49,166 nt of DNA from Callorhinchus milii (Eukaryota), in the NCBI RefSeq assembly GCF_018977255.1, contig NW_024705389.1, forward strand, positions 1 through 49,166, read 5' to 3'. How positions within the stretch are numbered: position 1 is the first letter of the stretch; every line of letters starts with the position of its first letter. The translations under genes and the position numbers were made by a program. Below the pieces are notes generated by a model. The model had not been told where the DNA came from, did no database searches, and saw nothing but the letters and a program-made list of their open reading frames with translations. Shown here piece by piece: positions 1 through 12,128 of the stretch.

Positions 1-204
1 CTCCCCGTGGCTCCCTCCTCTCGCCGTGTCTCACTCCTCTCTCTCCCCGTGTCTCCCTCCTCTCTCTCCCCGTGTCTCCCTCCCTCCTCTCTCCGTGTCT
101 CACTCCTCTCTCTCCCCGTGTCTCCCTCCTCTCTTTCCCCGTGTCTCCCTCCTCTCTCTCCCCGTGTTTCCCTCCTCTCTCTCCCCGTGTCTCCCTCCTC
201 TCTC
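1..204. repeat. 23-bp TC-rich minisatellite, left part
   Basis: Tandem unit CTCCCCGTGTCTCCCTCCTCTCT; the ORF track shows the expected 23-aa period (3 units = 69 nt). Confidence 0.95.
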
Positions 205-1600
205 TTTTTTTTTTTTTAAACGGGGCTTTATGTTGCCCTCGCTCGCTCGCTCTCTCGCTCACTCGCGCTCGCTCGCTCTCTCGCTCACTCTCTCGCTCGC
301 TCGCTCGTTCGCTCTCTCTCTCGCTCATTCTCTCGCTCCTTTTCTCGCGCTCACTCTCTCGTTATGTACGCCGCCCCCCTCGCAGTCCGACGGCCTCCGA
401 CGGGTAGCTCATAACAGCATGCAGAGCTCCCCGTCACCTGCCACGGAGCACACGGCCTCCTCCATCGCCCACTGCTCCTTGAAGGCCGGCACGGCGTGGG
501 TCAGCCGCGCATGGCGGAACTCCAGCCCACACACCCTGGCTCCGACCAGAGCGCGGAAGATGCCCAGGCTGCTGGCCGGACGTTTCCCCTCCAGGGCCAC
601 CTTCCTCGCCCTGTATATGGCGAGCTTGGCGTAGCCGACGAGCACGTTGACCAGCCCCTGGGAGACGTACTCCTCGATCATGACGGAGCTCGAGGCGTAG
701 CAGCGGATGCCGTTCTCGCGCGGCGGAAATGTTCGCTGCGCGCTTGGGGGGGTTGGCCTTGGAGCAGAGGCCCGAGTGGGGGCCTCGTGGCTCCGGGCAG
801 ATTGGCAGCTGCGGCCTGTGCGTAGGTGGCCATTTAATTCCTCCTACCCTCAAACGCTGCCTGACTGTGGTGTAGCGCTTCTATATAGAGCTCCCCTCGA
901 GAGTGTAAACTGAGGATCAAGAAGTAATCCTCGTTGAAGAAAATAAAGAAAGTTAGGAAAAGGAATAAATTAATTTATTGAATAAATTAGATGTATTTAT
1001 TATTTATTGAATAAATTAACCTATTGAGAAAAAATAGAATGTACAAATAAATAATAAATGGAGATCGAATTATAAATTTACGTGATAAATAAATAAATAA
1101 ACTGTACCTGCGCGAAAGGAGCCCAATAGTTAATCATTAACCATTAGGCTTCCTAATCCGCAAAGTCAACAGTAGCGTTCAAATTATCGTGTGGCTTTAA
1201 CTCTGTGCTTTAACGGCAAATGCTCACACAAGAAACAAGTTATAACAAATCTTAAATAGTTTGAGAATCGCAAACTGAGATTAACAACATAAGCAGAAGA
1301 ATACCGGAACTATAAGCAAAGTATAAAAAGCCTGTTAAAGTATGAAAACGATGCTTGAATAAACTATGGGTTTGACCACCGCACTTTAGAAACAACAGCG
1401 TGTTTCAGAAGGCTGTGCCTCCCCCGAGCTGTTAAGCTTCAGAAAGTAAAGAAAAATAGAAAACCACACAAATATGACTACCTGTGTGTGCAAGAGGCAG
1501 AATACTTACTCGTACTGAGTAAAATCTGTAAAGAAATGAAGCAGTTAGAAGCGGGTTTTTAAGAAATATGATAAGAAAATCAGGAGCTCAAACGAAGCGC
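205..1600 (-). mobile_element. Internally deleted Tx1-clade (L1-like) non-LTR retrotransposon
   Basis: On the minus strand: AT-rich 5' leader (1600-834); ATG at 833 giving MATYAQAAA...RENGIRCY..IEEYV (Tx1 ORF1-like N-terminus, frameshifted); direct join to a Tx1 ORF2-like C-terminus; (GAGC/GA)n 3' UTR; A13 tail (T-run 205-217). The same minisatellite flanks both sides. Confidence 0.75.
409..681 (-). pseudogene. Tx1/L1 ORF2 C-terminal fragment fused to ORF1 N-terminal remnant
   Basis: LVNVLVGYAKLAIYRARK...FRALVGARV..LEF.H.....AFKEQW....VCSV...GEL resembles the C-terminal helical domain of vertebrate Tx1 ORF2. Recognised by motif, no search run. Confidence 0.7.
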
Positions 1601-2436
1601 GTCTCTCTCCCCTCTCTCTCCCCGTGTCTCACTCCTCTCTCTCCCCGTGTCTCCCTCCTCTCTCTCCCCGTGTCTCACTCCTCTCTCTCCCGTGTCTCCC
1701 TCCTCTCTCTCCCCGTGTCTCCCTCCTCTCTCTCCCCGTGTCTCCCTCCTCTCTCTCCCCGTGTCTCCCTCCTCTCTCTCCCCGTGTCTCCCTCCTCTCT
1801 CTCCCCGTGTCTCCCTCCTCTTTCTCCCCGTGTCTCACTCCTCTCTCTCCCGTGTCTCCCTCCTCTCTCTCCCCGTGTCTCCCTCCTCTCTCTCCCGTGT
1901 CTCCATCCTCTCTCTCCCCGTGTCTCACTCCTCTCTCTCCCGTGTCTCACTCCTCTCTCTCCCCGTGTCTCCCTCCTCTCTCTCCCCGTGTCTCCCTCCT
2001 CTCTCTCCCTCCTCTCTCTCCCCGTGTCTCCCTCCTCTCTATCCCCGTGTCTCCCTCCTCTCTCTCCCTCCTCTCTCTCCCCGTGTCTCCCTCCTCTCTC
2101 TCCCCGTGTCTCCCTCCTCTCTCTCCCTCCTCTCTCTCCCCGTGTCTCCCTCCTCTCTCTCCCCGTGTCTCCCTCCTCTCTCTCCCCGTGTCTCCCTCCT
2201 CTCTCTCCCCGTGTCTCCCTCCTCTCTCTCCCCGTGTCTCCCTCCTCTCTCTCCCGTGTCTCCCTCCTCTCTCTCCCCGTGTCTCCCTCCTCTCTCTCCC
2301 CGTGTCTCCCTCCTCTCTCTCCCCGTGTCTCCCTCCTCTCTCTCCCCGTGTCTCCCTCCTCTCTCTCCCCGTGTCTCCCTCCTCTCTCTCCCCGTGTCTC
2401 CCTCCTCTCTCTCCCCGTGTCTCCATCCTCTCTCTC
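1601..2436. repeat. 23-bp TC-rich minisatellite, right part (~36 units, some shortened)
   Basis: Same unit as 1-204, with single-base and partial-unit variants. Confidence 0.95.
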
Positions 2437-2538
2437 ACCATGTCTCCATGTCCCCTTCTCTCTAGGTGGTGCAGGTTCAGGAGTTTACTGGCTGCACTCC
2501 GACCTTTGGCCTTGGCTGTCGCCCAAGTGGGATTGTCG

Positions 2539-2686
2539 CACAGCAGTCAACCCATAGCATCAGTATCTGTCCCATGACCTCCTCCTGCACCTAGCCTGGC
2601 ACAGCAGTCAACCCATGACACCTGGCTCTGTCCCGTGACCTCCTCCTGCACCTAGCCTGGCACAGCAGTCAACCCATGGCACCTGG
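2539..2686. repeat. 61-bp tandem repeat (~2.4 copies)
   Basis: CACAGCAGTCAACCCAT starts at 2539, 2600 and 2661. Related units recur at ~24010-24120 and ~34530-34640. Confidence 0.85.
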
Positions 2687-2744
2687 GTTGTTGTGATATC
2701 ACCATCATGTAGTTACGGCTGTTGTCATTGTGAGTTTGTAGGCT

Positions 2745-3012
2745 TGTGTGTGAGTAATGGTGCGTGTGTGACTTTCATGACGTGTGTGAGAGTAGGATGG
2801 TAGGGGTGTGTGAGTGTCATGGTGAGTGTGTGTGGTGTGAGTATTATGGTGAGTGGTGGGTGTGAGTATCATGGTGAGTGTGTGTGTGTGAGTGGTGTGT
2901 GTGAGTGTTATGGTGGTGTGTGTGTGTGAGTATTATGGTGAGTGTGTGGTGTGTGAGTTTTATGGTGAGTGTGTGGGTGTGTGAGTGTCATGGTGAGTGT
3001 GTGGGTGTGTGT
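2745..3012. repeat. GT-rich degenerate simple repeat
   Basis: Repeated GTGTGAGT/ATGGTGAGTGTG motifs. Confidence 0.8.
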
Positions 3013-4316
3013 TAGATGGCTGGCAATGTTGATGGGTGGTGATGATGATGCAAGCCTTGTGCTCGAGAATGGCACACTGAAACTAATATCACGTAGCTAC
3101 TTCTGAGTACCCTTCAAGTGCTGTCTGGTCCACATCGTAAATGGCAGGACTTTCCCACCTGTTCTTTATTTAAGAGCAACGTTGGTCACAACAATGTTGT
3201 TACTTCTTACAGCTGGAATTTATCCTAAGTACATGGAGAACCACATTGCAGCCATGTGATAGTTGATGTTGTGCAGTGAATGATGACCGGGCTGAGACCA
3301 TTGACTCGCTAGACTTGAGAATCTGCTTTGATCACAGGTGACTGCCTGGATTCAATCCCAGGTACTCCGTGGTGCCAATTCAGTGCTATGACCGCAAGGT
3401 CCATGGGCCACCTCTAAACACCCCCCACCCTAAAGACATAAGCAGCAACCTGGTTAGTGAGCAGCAGCATTCTTTGAATATTTTTCCAAAGCAATTGGGA
3501 TTGTGGAGCAGTGGCACAGTCCTGCATTTGCTTTCTCTTTAATCCACCAAACGCAACTTGCCGCTCGATTGTGGCACACCCATTTTTACACTTGTTTCAA
3601 CTGCTGTGGCAGATGGTGGAGCAGGACATTGGAGCAGAGCGCAGTGGAGACGTGGGGCAATAGAGCAGAGGAGCAATGGAGCAATGAGGCAGTGCAGCAA
3701 AGGAGCAGTGGGGCATTGGAGCAGTGGATCAGTGGGGCAGATGAGTGGATTTGACGTGAAGAAAGCAATCACCTGAATGTGCTCTGAAGAAGAACCATTT
3801 CCCAAAACGTCTCTTTTTATCTATGTCCTTGTCCCACCGCACACACAGCCGGGACACCGCACACACGAGCCAAGGCACATTTAACCAACCCAGGCAGCAC
3901 TCGCAAGCAATGCAACATTACGTTGTGTCCTCATGAGTTGATTTCACAAAGTTTATAGTAACAACAACAACAAAAATATTGATCCTAATTCTTAACCGGG
4001 TGGCCTTAAGTCTTGGCACGTGCAGGTTTTGTTCATTGTCTGCACCAGACCCCTGCAGCTGTCTCATTCTGGGTCAGCTGCCCCTTACATGTCCTGGAAA
4101 CCATGGCAAGGTCATCGCATGAGGACCGCCTGGATGAAAACCAGCATGGAAGGGGCCCAGTGTGGGGCCGGCTATGCTAATGGAATAGTCCCATGTGTGT
4201 GTGTGATGTGAGGTCTCCTGGCAGCAGTCATTCTCCGCTGCAGTGCTGGCATCTGCTGCTCAGTTTCATTCCCAGCTGTGGTCCCAGTGGCACCGTGGGT
4301 CGTGTGGTGATAGCAG

Positions 4317-4959
4317 TCACGGTTGGCACCGATCCACGACCACCACCCCTACTGGGCGGTGGACCTGCCTCCACAAAGTAGCATGTGGCGGAGGAGTGAG
4401 GTGAACGCTCTCGCCATGCGAGCGAGGCCCCCTCGCTTCCTCTTCTTTTCGTGCATCTCCACCTGCACCTCCTCCATCTTCCTCCTCTGTCTCATCCTCC
4501 TCCATCCCCTCTTCTTCATCCTCCACCGCCATCTTCTCCTCTACCTCCTTCTCTTCCTGTGCCACCTCTGTCTTCTCCATCTTCTCTCTCCACTAGCACC
4601 ATCTCTTCCTCCTTCATCTTCCTCCTCACCCTCCTGCACCACCATCTCCTCCACCCTCTTCTCTTCCTCCTCCACACCACCATTGTTTCCGCTTTGTCCG
4701 TCGTCTCCATCTCCTCCACCACGACCATCTGTTCATCCTTTGTTGTCGCCTTTCCTCCATCTCCGTATTGTCTTTATCCTCTCCCTCCGTGCTCTCCTCC
4801 ATTGTCACCATCACAATCTCGTCCTCCTTTGCCTTCTCTTCCTCCGTCTCTACTTCATCCTCCATCTCCTTCACCTCTTCCTTAGTCTCCTTCTGCACAA
4901 CCTCTGACTTCGCTTCAAAGGCCTGGAGGAGTGAGGAGGAGGGCTGCTTTGGCTCAGAT
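4317..4959 (-). pseudogene. Glu/Asp-rich putative exon of an uncharacterised host gene (frameshifted)
   Basis: Minus-strand acceptor TGTTTGTCTCTTCACAG ends at 4960. Acidic reading (SEPKQPSSSLLQAFEAKSEVVQKETKEEVKEMEDEVETEEEK...) continues through ORFs 4626-4982, 4516-4728 and 4317-4580 in shifting frames. Confidence 0.45.
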
Positions 4960-5814
4960 CTGTGAAGAGACAAACACGACACCGTTCCACTTTCCTGCTA
5001 CGGCAGACATCGCCATCTCCCATCGTCCGTGGGTGGAATGTGTGGCGGATTAATTCAAGCTTAATACAAACAGCAATAACGACATGGCCAGTGAGTGTGC
5101 TTCATATTGGCGCTGTCATTCTCATGGGGCAAGGCTATCCTTGAGATTGATTCAGCTGTGTCTCACACAGACTGTTGTGGTTTCACAGTAGTGGGTGGCC
5201 TTGCTGTGTCAATTTAGCTGAATCATTTGTAGTGACATTTTTCTTTCTATGTGTATTCTAATTGATCCCTTGGACATAATGGCCTACGCATTTAAAATGA
5301 CATCGGTGGAGATCCTGAACGTCCACTGTGACGGAATGGGTGTGTATCTTTGTGGTTAATGCAGCGGCAGTAATAGCCAGGGCGGGAAGCAAGATCTGAA
5401 CTGTAAGTGGTGAGCGATGAGTGCGCGACCCTTTGGCTGCTTCAACCGATCCACGATTTCGATCAACTATCCGACAGTGATTTGAGGTCGACAGAGCCGC
5501 CTCCCTTGACGTCGAAGGCATCTCAGAGTGCATTGAGCGCAATGAGCCACTCACATCTCGCATCTCTCATCTCAACGCATTTGAAATTGGACACCCCTCC
5601 CAGTGGTCGCTGTCTCTGTGCATTACAAGGCAACTTGGCAGCTGGCCTGGAAACAGGCAATTATTACGGTGGATGGAGGGTTAAATGGTGAAATATGGCC
5701 GCATCGTTATCTGGTCTCACTCAGAAACCAATTATGGAAAGTAAATCTGTCCACAGTATAGCGCAATGTACACGTGGGGTTTGCAGTGTCTGTATATTTT
5801 GTGAGTGCGGCAGG

Positions 5815-5935
5815 GCTGGAGCACCTGTGCCTCAGCAGCAGAAGGGAGCTGGGTTTGATTTCCACGTTGGGCCACGTTATCTGTGTGGAATGTGCTGCCC
5901 CCTGTTCTGGGAGGATTCTGCAGCATTCTCCCTGT
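5815..5935 (+). mobile_element. Degenerate tRNA-derived/V-SINE-like fragment
   Basis: B-box-like GGGTTTGATTTCC followed by a TCTGTGTGGAATGTGC V-domain-like start. Confidence 0.35.
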
Positions 5936-6125
5936 AACTGAACCCACACAATGCAAATCGCTCAATTTGGATCACAAACAGCAGCAACTTTGTTACCAAC
6001 TGCGAGCAAACTTGACAGGACCCTCCTGAAAAAAGTCTTGAGGCTTAGTGAGGCTCATCCTGCGTAAACAAGCATGATAATAAATACAAATAAACACACA
6101 CAGGACACATGCAAGAGTAGTTTAC

Positions 6126-7972
6126 CGTGTTCAGCGGCTCCAGAGTTTACTTTTTCTTCTTGGAAGCCCTCTTCTCCAAAGCTCTGAGCAATCGGGCCCT
6201 GCACAGGAGTGGCGGTGGGTGGCGGTGGTGGCGGTGTTGGCGGCGGGCAGTGGTGGTGGTGCTGCTGGTGGTAGCGGTCTGGAGCCAGTGTTGCTCGATC
6301 TTGGCGAGGCGCTGCTCCTCCACGAGGCGCTTTTCCTCCATGAGGCGCTTTTGCTCCACGAGGCGCTTCTCCATCAAGTGCTCCTCCTCTTGACGTTTCA
6401 CCTCAACGAGGCGCTTCTCCTGCATGAGACGTTTCTCCTCGACAAGCTTCACCTTGCAAAGGCGCCTCTCAAGATGCTTCTTCTTCTCGAGATGCTTCAG
6501 CTCTATGAGACGCTTCACCTCAAAGAGGCGATTGTCTTCCTCCACCCGCTTCTCCTCCATGAGGCACTTCTCCTCCAGTCTTCACCTCTCTATGAGGCCT
6601 TCTCCTCATGAGGCACCCTTCCAGCCTTGGCCATGAGGCGCCTCTCCGAGCCCCTCCATTATTTTCCTTAGGCACGCTCTTCCTTCTCCATGCCTTTTCA
6701 GCTTCATGAGGCATTCTCCTCAGAGCTTCCCTCAATCTCTCATGAGGCACTTCTCTTCCTCCACCCGCTTCTCACCCATGAGGCGCTTCTCCTCCATGAG
6801 GCGCTTCTCCTCCATGAGGCGCTTCTCCTCCATGAGGCACTTTTCCTCCACCCGCCTCTCCTCCATGAGGCACTTCTCCTCCATGAGGCACTTCTCTTCC
6901 TCCCCCCCTCTCCTCCATGAGGCACTTCTCTTCCTCCACCCACCTCTCCTCCATGAGGCACTTCTCCATGAGGCACTTCTCTTCCTCCACCCGCCTCTCC
7001 TCCATGAGGCGCTTCTCCTCCATGAGGCGCTTCTCTTCCTCCACCCACCTCTCCTCCATGAGGCGCTTCTCTTCCTCCACCCGCTTCTCCTCCATGAGGC
7101 GCTTCTCCTCCATGAGGCGCTTCTCTTCCTCCACCCGCTTCTCCTCCATGAGGCACTTCTCCTCCTCCACCCGCTTCTCCTCCATGAGGCACTTCTCTTC
7201 CTCCACCTGCTTCTCCTCCATGAGGCGCTTCTCTTCCTCCACCCGCTTCTCCTCCATGAGGCACTTCTCTTCCTCCACCCACTTCTCCTCATGAGGCGCT
7301 TCTCCTCCATGAGGCGCTTTTCCTTGACCCGCTTAGCTTCTGAGGCGCTTCTCCTCATCGACATACTTCACAATGAGAGGCGCTTCACCTCAGCAAGGTA
7401 TTTACCCTGGCAAGACGCTTCTCCGCCTCCAGATGCTTCTCCTCGAGATGCTTCACCTCACGAAGGCGCTTTTCCTCCATGAAGCGCGCTTCCTCAAGGA
7501 GGCGCTTTTCCATGACACGTTTCACGTCATTGAGGATCTTGTTTTGAAGGCACTTCTGCTCGCGAGGTGCTTTAGCTTGGCGAGGTCTTCACCTCAATGG
7601 GGCGCTTCTCTTCCATTATGCACTCCTCCGCAAAGCGCTTCTTGAGGTGCTTCTCCTCCTGGAGACGCTTCACTTCTGCGAGGTACTTCACCCTGGAGAG
7701 ACGCTTCTCCTCCAGATGCTTCTCCTCGAGACACTTCACCTCACGGAGCCGCTTCTCCATGGAGCGCTTCTCCTCCATGAAGCGCTTCTCCATGAGGCGG
7801 TTCTTGAGGAGATTGTCTCGAAGGCATTTCTCCTCTGGGATGTGCGTCACCCTGGCAAGGCGCTTCATCTCAATGAGGCGGTCCTCTTCCATGGTGCGTT
7901 TCTCCTTCGCAAGGTGCTGTTCTCCTGGAGACGCTTCACCCCGCTGAAGTTCTTCACCTCCCCAATGCTCCT
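6126..7972 (-). pseudogene. Large coding-repeat exon, (MEEKRL/VEEEKRL)n charged helical protein, frameshifted
   Basis: 18/21-bp in-frame repeats (ATGGAGGAGAAGCGCCTC). Minus-strand acceptor CTTTTCTTCGCGTGAACAG ends at 7973; donor GTAA at 6125. The repeat frame is split across ORFs 7572-7892, 6772-7278 and 6147-6560. Confidence 0.55.
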
Positions 7973-8585
7973 CTGTTCACGCGAAGAAAAGCACAGGACC
8001 ATTCAGACATGCACACGCAGGACAAAATTCATACTCCCAGGCACGCAAACATGGACGGGCACGTACACGAACAAAAATGCATACTCGCACATCTATGTAC
8101 GAATGCAAACATGAACATTTACTCATGCAAACATGCTAGAACACGTGAATATACACCACCTAATGTTATAAAAAATACATGTTACATCATATATTCTCAC
8201 AAGTTCCATAAACGTACTTAAGGCTGTGATAGTCTGCGACGAGTTCATGGCCATTGTTGGCAACAATCATTACGGGCAAAAAAATGTCCACAATGTTCGA
8301 TTGTAAAGATCTGGAAGCCCATAATCTGGACAAATTTTACTGCAGCATCGATAGTAGGCAACTGGAATGGCAACTTCCAATCAGCTCACAGACGGAATTC
8401 ATGAGATTGCATGATATTCTGTCTTCATTGGCAAAATAAATGGCAACTTAAAGTGCTTGCACGAGTGGGATATGGCAGCACGTGATGGTGGAGAGATGGA
8501 GTGATGGTGTCGGGAGATGGTGTTGTGATATGGAGGTGAAATTGTGGAATGTTCTGGAGAGATGGTGTCTTGTGATGGTATAGAC

Positions 8586-8760
8586 CAGGGGTCGGCAACC
8601 TACGGCTCCGGAGCTGCATGCGGCTCTTTACGGGCTGCTTCTTGACGATATGTACGTATGTACAGTATGTACTCAGATGCATTGCGGCTCTTGAAATACT
8701 GAATTTTGTACCGAATTGGAAAGAAATGGCTCTTCTTGTTATTTTGGTTGCCGACCCCTG
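8586..8760. mobile_element. hAT (Charlie-type) MITE, 175 bp
   Basis: Perfect 15-bp TIR CAGGGGTCGGCAACC / GGTTGCCGACCCCTG and subterminal GCGGCTC repeats. Left flank GTATAGAC fits the Charlie target pattern; the right TSD copy is not preserved. Confidence 0.85.
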
Positions 8761-9235
8761 GCATTATGAGGCTCTATGATGGTCTATTGAGTTGGTGGTG
8801 GTGTGATGAGAAAGGTGACGTGGAGAGATGGTGTGGTGATGTTTTGGTGCAATGGTGTGGTGCAATGGTGTGCTAGTGTGGAGTGAATGTGGTGTGTTTG
8901 ACCCCCATAGATCCCATACCCACCTTTGGGGAGCGATGCTCGTAGCTTTGGCCTGGGAAAGGGTCCACTTCATCCATAATGTCCCCCCACGTGGTCGACT
9001 GGCGCCACGACTCCCGGTCTATGGAGAACAGAAAATGCATTCAAAGGACCAGTAATGAATTAGAGAACGAAGCACATGAAGATTCACAGAACTAATTCTG
9101 ACGTCCCTGTCATTACCTCTTACCACACAATAGGACCGGCTATTGAGAAATATTCATCACATGGCAGTAAAACTTTACGCGTCATATTTTGTAAGCATGT
9201 TGAGATCATCAATTCCATAAACTTGAGACCCCCAT

Positions 9236-9472
9236 ACTCTTAGGTTTTTTTCGGTAAAGTCACGCTTGCTGTATTAAGTAAATTACTTTTACTTGATACA
9301 GCAAGCGTGCTGTGACGGTTCCACCTGAAGACGGAAGCTTGTGTTGCCTCCGAAACGTCGTGATTTTTATTTTACTTTTATTAATTTAAATTTTATTTTT
9401 TTACCTACGTGACTTTCCCGAAAAAACCTAAGAGTATGAATCCTTGCAGTCACGAAAGCTTCAAATCTAGAA
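9236..9472 (+). mobile_element. Miniature Penelope-like foldback insertion with hammerhead
   Basis: 13-bp TSD TTGAGACCCCCAT (9223-9235, 9473-9485). The 5' end is an inverted copy of the subterminal segment; the 3' tail is GCAGTCACGAAAGCTTCAAATCTAGA. Confidence 0.85.
9322..9362 (+). ncRNA. Minimal type I hammerhead ribozyme
   Basis: CAC-CTGAAGA-[CGGAAGC...GCCTCC]-GAAA-CGTC-GTG: CUGANGA and GAAA cores, palindromic ACGU stem III, GUC cleavage triplet, short CAC/GTG stem I. Confidence 0.8.
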
Positions 9473-9517
9473 TTGAGACCCCCATTTAAACAAATATGGC
9501 TGAAACTCAGATCTGGA

Positions 9518-11013
9518 ACGAGACAAATTATTTTACTTTAAGGAATTTAATAGTTAAAAAATATTCTCAAAATTAAACAAGTAAAGGTCGATTTATCATT
9601 CTTCATTGACATCCTTATCGATTGAAGCTATTCATCCTGAAGTGAAAGCCATCAAACACAGGAACAACGAAAGTGAAATCCACGTACATCCTGAAACCGA
9701 TCATCTGCAGTAGTTTTTATTAAACAATGAGGAAAATGATTTTGTTTTTGAGCAAAGTTATGATCACAGGGTAATCTGCAGAGCGAGGAGTCGAGCGTCT
9801 ATCCTCAGTGAAATCCCTCTCGAAATGGTCTTGAGGTCTGATTTTAAGCCCCTTATAACTCCCCTCTGCATACAAATCCTTTGTTCTCGTCTTGGCCTAT
9901 CATGGACTTTGCATTCAATGTTAATTTGTACATTAACAATCCGCATATATAGCAACATAGCTTAGCTAATCTTGCCATTATAATTTAACCTTAATACATA
10001 TACATATCTCACTGCATAATTGTATGCTTCCGTTTAAATAAAGATTTTCATCTCCATGCATAATTCCGTGCTTTGTGTTAATTTGCTAATATTCACCCGA
10101 CAATGTCCTCTAAAATGATGCAAGTTTTGAGGATTTAACATCGAAGTATCAAAATGGTGATGTCCAGTTGGATTTGGACGAAGAGGTGCAAATGTATGCC
10201 GTACTGACTTTGTTTTATAAAAAAAATATTTAAGTACTTGTGTTGATGAGCGCGTCAGAACAATCAAGGTGATTTGTTTAATTTAATCCACGAAAATTAT
10301 TACGATTGCTGTCATACACTTTTAATGAAAATCGAAATGGTATCGCTTGTAAGCGTGTGTATTTACACTGCTGTGTATGTACACTTGTCTTTGACTCGTG
10401 TGTGTACAGGTGTTTGTTGGAAGCATTGTACAGATAACGAACGCTCAGATAACTTTAAGAAATAAAAATTGTAGTCATCTGCAAAAAAATTAACGTTAAT
10501 ATTGCTATGCATACACGATCGCGTGTGTATGTACACTGCATTGTATGTCTGTATGTACACCTTTGTATATGCACACTCGTGTGTGGATGCACACTGCTGT
10601 ATATATATAGTGGTGCTTGGATGCACACTCGTGTGTGCATGTCTACTCGTCCGTGTTTTTTAAGGAAAGATATGGTAGCAATAACGTACGATCAGTCATC
10701 TTTAAAAACAAATCAGGTTTTATTAATCTGCAAAGATATTTACGTTAAAACTCGTATCGAAATCTTTATTAATATTCGTTTGGTCAAACAGTTAAGGAAC
10801 GAGACAAATTATTTTATTTTCAGGAATATAATAGTTTAAAATCTTCTCAAAACCAAACACGCAAATGTGGATTCATCGTTCCCCATTGACATCCTTATCG
10901 ATTGAAGTCAAAGGCATCAAACACAGGAACAACGAACCTGAAATCCACGTACATCCTGAAATCTATAATCTGCAGTAGTTTTTATTAAACAATTAAAATA
11001 AAGTTATGATCAC
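9518..11013. repeat. Diverged ~230-250 bp direct duplication (9518-9768 vs 10798-11013)
   Basis: Shared blocks AACGAGACAAATTATTTTA, CATTGACATCCTTATCGATTGAAG, CATCAAACACAGGAACAACGAA and AAAGTTATGATCACAG. Confidence 0.85.
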
Positions 11014-11504
11014 AGTTATTCTCCAACTTTAGCTCAACAAGACCACTTAGCCACGAGAGTAAATTCAGGAATTGGACCACCTCACAACCACTGCGCTTCA
11101 CACCACATCAACAAGTAATCCGATATGACTACAAGGCACCACTTTAACGTGACGAAGTCTAGAATGAACTTCAACACGCAAGTAGCTGTGAGAAGATCAC
11201 AACACATGGCACCTTCTACCATAAACACCACACATTTAACAGTACCGATGATACAACCACCAGACGAAGCATCGCATCTATCGAAATATAAAATTGTCAT
11301 CCTGAAATAAGTGAACACTTCTAGAACTTTAAAGGAAGACTTTTTTCCGAAACATTAAAGAGCGTTCACAACATCACTCGAGCTTGGAGCACTGGAAATC
11401 ACGCAAATAATAACTTGTACCTCATTGATTGATCTAACAGACACAAACATGCACATTCAGGACTTCAATAGTTAACAGAAGTACTCAATACTTTAACTCT
11501 CCAG

Positions 11505-11800
11505 CCATCATCATCATCACCAACCATCAAAATCACTATCCATCACCATTATAAACCACCATTATCATCAACCACCTATCAACACCATGCCCATCATCAC
11601 CAGCACCCATCATCAGCACCACCCATCAATCAGCACCACCATATTATCACCATCCATCACATTCATCACCATCATCCATCGTCACCCATCATCACCACCG
11701 ATTGTCATCTTTACCCATCATCAGCACCAACCATCGCATCATATCACCACCAGCACCACCCATCATCATCACCACCCATCATCACCACCACCCATCATAA
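11505..11800. repeat. (CAT/CAC)n degenerate microsatellite
   Basis: Low-complexity CATCACCA runs. Confidence 0.85.
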
Positions 11801-12128
11801 ATTAACACAGACAGCTACAAAAATAGATATGTAAACTGACACAAACATAACAGACACACAAATAAACAATCTCTTTAACGACTTAATAATAACAAAGTCC
11901 ATATTACCCGTGCCAGGCTAGGTGCACACAGACAAATCCATTGCACAATAATTTACATGTAACTCAAATTCACACTTAGTACTACCACCTCACTCACTTA
12001 AACATAACTACATAGATTAAGAACACCATTAATTTAATAGTAAATAAACCAATAAGATGGTGTCTATACGCTTGCAATTTAATGAATGAAATACAAGTTC
12101 ATAATTCAAATTATACAAAAATTAACCC

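Noticed and set aside
1568..2577. Long Ser/Pro/Leu ORFs (up to 329 aa) and their antisense E/R/G ORFs
   Set aside because: All frames are open simply because the 23-bp minisatellite has no stop codons.
3340..3760. B-box-like motif and GCAGTGGA-repeat ORFs
   Set aside because: Too degenerate to assign; low-complexity sequence.
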